This document shows, piece after piece, positions 56,401-64,000 of a stretch of 64,000 nt of DNA (its first letter is position 1; each line of letters opens with the position of its first letter). The position numbers were made by a program, and so were the translations under genes. The stretch lies in NCBI RefSeq assembly GCF_009914755.1, contig NC_060948.1; one strand, written 5' to 3'. Source of the DNA: the human T2T-CHM13v2.0 reference genome, Homo sapiens. The notes under the pieces are model-generated. The model did no database searches. It was given only the letters and a program-made list of their open reading frames with translations, and was not told the origin of the DNA.

Positions 56401-59400
56401 GACAGGATCTCATTCTCTCACACAGGCTGGAGTGTAGTGGCACAATCTCGGCTCACATTTCATTTCGACATTCTATTCCATTGCATTCCATTGCACTCCG
56501 TTCCATTCTATTGCATTCCATTGCATTCCATTCCATTCCATTCCTCTCCACTCCACTCCATTCTACTCCACTCCAGTCCACTCTGCTCCAGTACACTCCA
56601 CTCCATTCCATTCATCTCCATTCCATTACTTTCCTTTCTTTCGACAGGATCTCACTCACCCAAGTTGGTGTGCAGTGGAAAAATCTCAGCTCACATTTCA
56701 TTGCACCACACCATTCCATTCCATCCCATCCCACTCCATTCCTTTAAATTCCATTCCATTACAGTCCACTCCACTCCATTTCACTCCACTCCACACCACT
56801 CCACTCCTTTCCATTCATTCCATTCCACTCCATTCCACTCCACTCCACTTCTTTACCATCCATCCCATTCCATTCCACTGCAATCCACTCCACTCCACTC
56901 CTGTCCACTCCATTCCATTCCATTCCATTCCATCCCATTCCGTTCAAACCAATCAACTCCACTCCACTCCACTCCAGTTCACTCCATACCGTTCCATTCC
57001 ATTCCACTCCTTTCCATTGCATTCCTTTCTTTTGACAGGATCTTATTCTGTCTGCCAGGTTCGAGTGCAGTGGCACAATCTCAGCTCACATTTCATTGCA
57101 CTATAGTATTCCGTGCCATTCCACACCACTCCATTCCTTTAAATTCCATTCCATTCTAGTCCACTCCACTCTACTCCACTTCACTCACTCTACTCCACAC
57201 CACTCTACTCCACTCCATTCCATCCCATTCCAGTCCACACCACTCTACTCCACTCCATTCCATCCCATTCCATTCCACTCCACTCCACTTCTTTCCATTC
57301 CATTCCATTCCACTCCACTCCACCTCACTCCACTCCACTCCTGTCCACTCCACTGCACTCCATTCCATTAAATTGCATTCCATTCCACTCCTTTCCTTTC
57401 CATTCGTTTCTCTTGAGAAGATCTCACTCTGGCACCCAGTCTGAAGTGCAGTGACACAATCTTAACTCACATTTCATTTCACCATTCCATTGCATTCCAT
57501 TCAATTGCATTCCTTTCCATTCTGTTCCATTACATTCCACTCCACTCAACTCCACTCCACTCCACCCTGCTGCTTTCCATTCCATTCCATTCCATTCCTC
57601 TCCATTCCACTCCACACTACTCCATTCCTCTACACTTCATCACATTCCATCCAATTCCATTCCATTCCATTCCATTCCAGTCAACTGCACTCCATTCCAC
57701 TCCATTCCATCCCATTGCATTCCACTCCATTCCACTCCATTTCACTGCACTCCACTCCACTCCATTCCATTCCACTCCCTACCATTCCATTCCCCTCCAA
57801 TGCACTCCACTCCAGTCAACTCCTCTCCACTCCATTACAATCCATTCCACTCTATTACATTCCATTCCTTTTTTTCAAAAGTATCTCACTCTGTCCCTCA
57901 GGCTGGAGAGAAGTGGCACAATTTCAGCTCACATTTCATTTCACCATTCCATTGCATTTCCTTTCATTGCCTTCCATTTAATTGCAATCCACCCCACGCC
58001 ATTCCATTCCATTCCACTCCACTCCATTTCACTCCATTCCACTCCATTCCACTAAACTCTACTCCACTTCATTGCATTCCATGCCGTCCCATTTCACTCC
58101 ATTCCACTCCTCTCCACTCTGCTCCACTCAACTCCACTGTACTCCTCTCCAATCCATTCCTTTCCATTCCCTTCCATTCCATTTTATTACATTCCATCTA
58201 TTTCTTTCATGAGCATCTCACACTCAACCAGGCTGGAGTGCAATGACACAATCTCCGCTCACATTTCATTTTACCATTCCATTCCATTCCATTCCTTTCC
58301 ATTCCATTCCATTCTACTCTACTGCACTCCACTTCACTCCACTCCAGTCCATTCCACTCCATTTAATTCCATTACATTACATTCCACTCCATTCCATTCC
58401 TTTCTTTCGAGAGGATCTCACTCTGTCACAAAGGCTGCACTGCAGTGACCAATATCAGCTCACATTTCGTTTCACCATTCCACTCCATTCCATTCCATTT
58501 CATTCCACTCCACTCCACTCCAATCTACTCCATTCCATTCCATCCAATTCCATGCCACTCCACTCCATTCCACTCCACTCCATTTCACTCCATCTCATTC
58601 CATTCCAATCCATTCCACTCCAGTCAACTCCACTTCACTCCACTCCATTCCATGCCATTCCATCCCATCCCATTCCATTCCATTCCATTCCATTCCATTC
58701 CATTCCATTCCATTCCATTCCATTCCATTCCATTCCATTCCATTCCATTCCATTCCACTCACTTCCATTCCATTCCACACCTTCCATTTGATTCCTTTCT
58801 TTTGAAAGGATCTCTTTCTCTCACCCAGGCTGGAGTGTAGTGGCACAATCAGATTACATTTCACCATGCTATTTCATTGCATTCCATTGCACTCCATTCC
58901 ATGGTATTCCGTTCCATTGCATTCCGTTGCATTTCATTACATTCCATACCATTCCATTGTATTCCATGGCATTTCGTTCCATCCCATTTCATTCCATTTC
59001 TTTCCACTCCTTTCCATTCCATTCCATTCCATTCAACTCCACTCCATTACACTCCTCTCCACTCCACTCCAATCCGTTCCATTCCACTCCCTTACATTCC
59101 ATTCCTTTCTTTCGACAGAATCTCACTCCCTCACCCATGCTGGAGTGCAGTGGCACAATCTCATCTCACATTTCATTTCACAGTTCTATTCCATTACATT
59201 CCGTTGCATTCCATTAATTGTATTGCATTCCATTCCATTTCATTCAATTCCATTCCACTACATTCCATTCAACTCCAATACATTCCACTCCATTCCATTC
59301 CATTCCTTTCTATTCCTTTTCACTCTAGTCCACTCCGCTGCACTCCACTTGACTCCGCTGCACTCCACTACTCTCCACTCCATTCCAATCCCTTCCATCC

Positions 59401-62400
59401 AATTGTATTCCACTTCATTCCCCTCTACTCCACTCTACTCCACTTCTGTCCACTTGACTTCACTCCACTCCATTCCATTACACTCCATTGAATTCCATTC
59501 CTTTCTTTCACCAGGATCTCATTCTCTCACCCTGCTTGCAGTGCAGTGGAACAATCTCAGATCGCATTTCATTTCACCTTTCCATTCTATTCCATTCCAT
59601 TCCACTTCATTCCATTCCATTCCACTCTGCTCCATTCCACTCCACTCCACTGCACTCCGTTCATTTCCATTCCAATCCGTTCCACTCCATTCCATTCCGT
59701 TCCTTTCTTTTGACAGGATCTCACTCTCTCACACAGGCTAAAGTACAGTGGCAAAATTTAAGTTCATATTTCATTTCACCATTCCATTCCATTCCACTCC
59801 ACTCCACTCAATTCCCTTCCATTCCACTCCATTCCACTTCACTCCAGTCCACTCCATTCAATTACGTTCCATTTCATCCCACTCCTATCCATTCCATTCC
59901 TTTCTTTCGACAGGATCTCATTCTGTCACCCAGCCTATAGAGCAGTGGCACAATATCAGCTCACATTTAATTTCATCATTCCATTACATTGCATTCCATT
60001 CAATTCCATACTATTCCATTCCATTCCATTCCAATCTGCTGCATTTCATTCCATTGCATTCCACTTCACTCTACTCCACTACTCTACACTCCATCCCATT
60101 CCATCCCATTCAATTCCACTCCACTCCACTCTATTGCATTCCCTCTCATCCCATTCCAAGCCATTCCACTCAAATCCACACTACTCCACTCCACTCTACT
60201 CCACTCCATTCCATTCCATTCCATTGCATTCCATTCCATTCCATTCCATTACTTTCTGTCGAGAAAATCTCACTCTGTCACACTGGCTGTAGTGCAGTGT
60301 TGCACTTTCAGCTCACATTTCATTTCACCTTTCCTTTCTATTCCATTCCACTCCACTCCATTCTATGCCATTGCATTCCACTGCATTCCACTCCACTTCA
60401 CTGCACTCCACTCTACTCCATTCCATTTCACTCCCTACCATTCCATTCCCCTCCACTCCACTCCACTCCAGTCAACTCCTCTCCACTCCCTTCCATTCCA
60501 TTCCATTCCACTCTATTACATTCCATTCTTTTTCTTCGACAGTATCTCACTCTGTCCCTCAGGTTGGAGTGCAGTGGCACAATCTCAGTCACATTTCATT
60601 TCACCATTCCATTGTATTTCCTTCCATTGCATTCCATTTAATTACAATCCACTCCTCTCCACTCCACGCCATTCCATTCCATTCCAGTACCTTCCACTAA
60701 ATTCAACTCCATTCCACTACACTCCACGCCACTTCATTCCATTCCATGCCGTCCTATTTCACTCCATTCCACTCCTCTCCACTCTACTCCACTCCACTGC
60801 ACTCATCTCCAATGCATTCCGTTCCATTCCCTTCCATTCCATTCCATTCCATTCCACTCCATTCCATTCCATTCCGTTCCATTCCGTTCTGTTCCGTTCC
60901 ATTCCGTTCCATTCCGTTCCATTCCATTCCATTCCATTCCATTCCATTCCATTCCCTAAAATTCCATTAAATTCCAGTCCACTCCTCTCCATTCCATCTC
61001 ATTCTGTTCCACTCCATTCCACTCCATTCCACTCCTCTTCTTTCCATTCCAACCCATTCGATTCCATTCCAGTCCACTCCACTCCACTCCTGTCCACTCC
61101 ATTGCATTCCATTCACGCCAATCCACTGCACTCCACTTAATTCCATTCCATGCAACTCCTTTCCATTCCATTCCATTATTCAACAGGATGTCTCTCTGTC
61201 ACCTAGCTGGAGTGCAGTGGCACAATCTCAGCTCACGTTTTATTTAATCATTCCATTTTATACATTGCATTCCATTCCATTCCACTCTGCTGCATTCCAT
61301 TCCATTCGATTCCATTCCACTCCATTCCACTCCTATGTACTCCACTCGACTCCACTCCACTCCACCACAATCCGCTCCATTCCATTCCACTCCATAACAT
61401 TCTATTCCAATTCATTCCCCTGCACTCCACTCCCCTCTACTCCGTTTCAGTCCACTCCACTCCACTCTATTCCACTCCACTCCGTTACATTACACTCCAT
61501 AACATTCTAATCCAATACATTCCCCGACACTGCAGTCCCCTGTACTTCGTTCCAGTCCACTCCACTCCACTCTACTCCAGTCCACTCCATTCCATTTCAC
61601 TCCATTCCATTACATTCCTTTTTTTCGACAGGATCTCTCACTGTCACACAGGCTGGAGTACAGTGGCACAATCTCAGCTCACGTTTCATTTAACCATTCC
61701 ATTGCATTCCATTCCATTCCATTCCATTGCATTCCACTTCAGTCTGCTGTATTCCATTTCATTCGATTCCATTCTACTCCATTCCACTCCAATACACTCC
61801 ACTCAACTCCACTCCACTCCACTCTATTCCATTACACTCCATAATATTCTATTCCAATAAATTCCTTTCCACTCCACTAAACTCAACTCCATTCCAGTCC
61901 ACTCCACTCCACTCCACTCCATTCCACTCCATTCCATTCCACTCAATTCCATTCCGCTGCATTCCATTCCATTCCTTTCTTCCGACAAAATCTCACTCTG
62001 TCACCCAGGTTAAAGGCAGTTGAACAATATCAGCTCACATTTCGTTTCACCATAGCGTTCCATTCCATTCCATTCCTTTAAATTCCATTCCATTTCAGTC
62101 CACTCCACTCCACTCCACTTCACCCCACTCCACTCCACTCCGCTTCATTCCTTCCCTTTCATTTCCACTCCAGTCCACAACACTCCAATCCACTCAACTT
62201 CTTTCCATTCCATCCCATTCCATTCCACTCTAATCCACTGCACTCTACTCCACTCCTTTCCACTCCATTCCATTCCACTCCATCCCATTCCATTCACGCC
62301 AATCCACTCCACTCCACTCCTTTCCACTCCACTACATTGCGTTCCTTTCCACTCTTTTTCATTCCATTCCTGTCTTTTGACAGAATCTCACTTTTTCACC

Positions 62401-63992
62401 CAGGCTGGAGTGCAGTGGCACAATCTCAGCTCACATTTCATTTTACCATTCCATGGCATTCCATTCCATTTCATTAATTTCCATTCCACTCCACTCCACT
62501 CCACTCTGCTGCATTCCATTCCGTTCCATTCCATTCCATTCCATTCCATTCCATTCCATTCCATTCCGTTCCATTCCATTGCACTCCACTCTACTCCTCT
62601 CCACTCCATCCCATTGCATCCCATCCCATTCCATGTCATTCCACTCTACTCCACTCCATTCCATTCCATCCCACTCCATTTCATTCTGTGCTTTTCTGTC
62701 AACAAGATCTCACTCTGTCACATTGGCTGGAGTGCAGTCACAGAGTCTCAGGTCACATTTCATTCTACATTCCATTCCATTCCACTCCACTCCACTCCAC
62801 ATCACTCCACTGCACTCCACTCCATTCAATCCCATTGCATTCCGCTCCATTCAACTCCACTTCACCGCACTCCACTCCACTTCGTTCCATTCCACTCCAC
62901 CACCTTCCGTTCTACTCCACTACAATCCACTGCAGTGCACTACTCTCCATTCCATTCCATTCCACTCTATTCCATTCCATTCCTTTTCTTCTACAGGATA
63001 TCTCTCTGTCACTCAGGCTGGAGTGCAGTGGCACAATCTCAGCTCACATTTCCTTCACCATTCCATTCCATTCCATTCTGCTTCATTCCATTACATTACG
63101 TTCCATTTAATTCCAATCTATTGCACTGCACTCCTCTCCACACTACTCCATGCCATTCCATTCTATTACATTCCAGTTCAATCCACTCCATTTCACTACA
63201 TTCCACTCCAATTTTTTCCATTACATCCCGTTTCATTCCAGTTCCATTCGATTCCATTCCATTCCACTCCATTCCATTCCATTCCATTCCATTCCATTCC
63301 ATTCATCTCCATTTCATTCATCTCCATTCCACTCCATTCCATTCCATTCCATTCCATTCCATTCCATTCCATTCCATTCCATTCCATTCATCTCCATTCC
63401 ATTCCATTCCATTCCATTCCATTCCATTCCATTCCATTCCATTCCATTCCGTTCCATTCCATTCATCTCTATTCCATTCCATTCATTCCTTTTAACATCA
63501 TCTCACACTGTCACGGAGGCTGGAGTTCAGTGATAGAATCTCAGCTCACATTACATTTCACCATTCCATTCCATTCCATTCCATTCCTTTGTGTTCCATT
63601 CCACTCAACTGCACTGAATCCCACTCCATTCCACTCGCTTCAGTTCCATTCCATTCCATTCCATTTCATTCCATTCCATTCCATTCCACTCCATTCCAGT
63701 CCATTCCATTCCATTCCACTCCATTCCATTCCATTCCATTGCACTCCATCCCATTCCATTCAACTCTTTTCCACATGACTCCACTCCACTCCACTCCATT
63801 CCACAACACTCCAATCCACTCCATTCCATTCCTTTTCATTTGATCCCATTCCATTCCACTCTGTTCCACTCCACTCCACTCCTTTCCATTCCATTCCATT
63901 CCATTCCACTCCATTCCATTCAATTCTTTCCTTCGACAGGATCTCACTCTGTCACACAGGCTGGAGTGCAGTGGCACAATCTCAGCTGACAT
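38451..63992 (-). mobile_element. About 70-75 tandemly amplified ~60-bp Alu 3'-end fragments embedded in the pentamer satellite
   Basis: Recurring tttctttcgacaggatctcactctgtcacccaggctggagtgcagtggcacaatctcagctcac, the reverse complement of the Alu arm 3' end. Examples start near 38455, 38750, 38937, 39543, 40394, 45499, 49683, 56401, 61627, 63935. Each is typically followed by atttcatttcaccattcc. Confidence 0.9.
53480..54640 (+). repeat. Local tandem duplication of a two-unit block (~0.6 kb) in the composite satellite
   Basis: Alu-fragment variant ctcactcc(a/g)tc-aa-aggctggagtgtagtgg occurs at ~53488, 53925, 54077, 54563. Spacer ctactcaacttcaa(c/t)caactccactgcattg occurs at ~53590 and ~54229. 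Confidence 0.8.
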
Positions 63993-64000
63993 TTCATTTC

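Larger units (their letters stand above)
38326..64000 (+). repeat. HSat3-like pentamer satellite (CATTC/CACTC)n, divergent, composite with Alu fragments
   Basis: Dominated by ccatt and ccact pentamers, with pure (cattc)n runs (e.g. 40720-40780, 58670-58755). C-rich strand is + throughout; no inversion seen. Confidence 0.95.

Noticed and set aside
38272-63992. Long ORFs up to 667 aa (HSIPF/STPLH and MEWNG repeats)
   Set aside because: CATTC/CACTC pentamers contain no stop codons, so open frames overlap in all three phases; this is a low-complexity artefact.
38451-63992. Dozens of independent Alu insertions
   Set aside because: Shared breakpoints, orientation, flanks and mutations, with no individual target-site duplications, point to tandem amplification of one fragment.
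38451-64000. CRISPR-like pattern of a conserved repeat with variable spacers
   Set aside because: The repeat is an Alu fragment, the spacers are pentamer satellite of 100-550 bp rather than unique sequence, there are no cas genes and the DNA is primate.

Overview
Non-coding primate satellite DNA. Its structure matches one edge of the human Y-centromere alpha-satellite array (DYZ3) and its flank; that assignment is recalled knowledge, not a database hit. 1-33219 is a near-identical alpha-satellite higher-order repeat (HOR): four 5785-bp (34-monomer) units, one 7832-bp (46-monomer) variant and a truncated terminal unit. No CENP-B boxes were seen. 33220-38325 is divergent monomeric alpha satellite with a full-length AluYb-lineage insertion (33788-34095) and a change of monomer type near 36.5 kb. 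From about 38326 to the end is an HSat3-like (CATTC/CACTC)n array. It is a composite satellite: about 70-75 copies of one ~60-bp antisense Alu 3'-end fragment recur every ~0.15-0.6 kb, and their variants define a ~9-unit, 2.7-2.9 kb higher-order periodicity. All listed ORFs are repeat artefacts; no genes are supported. Counts and variant calls were made by eye.
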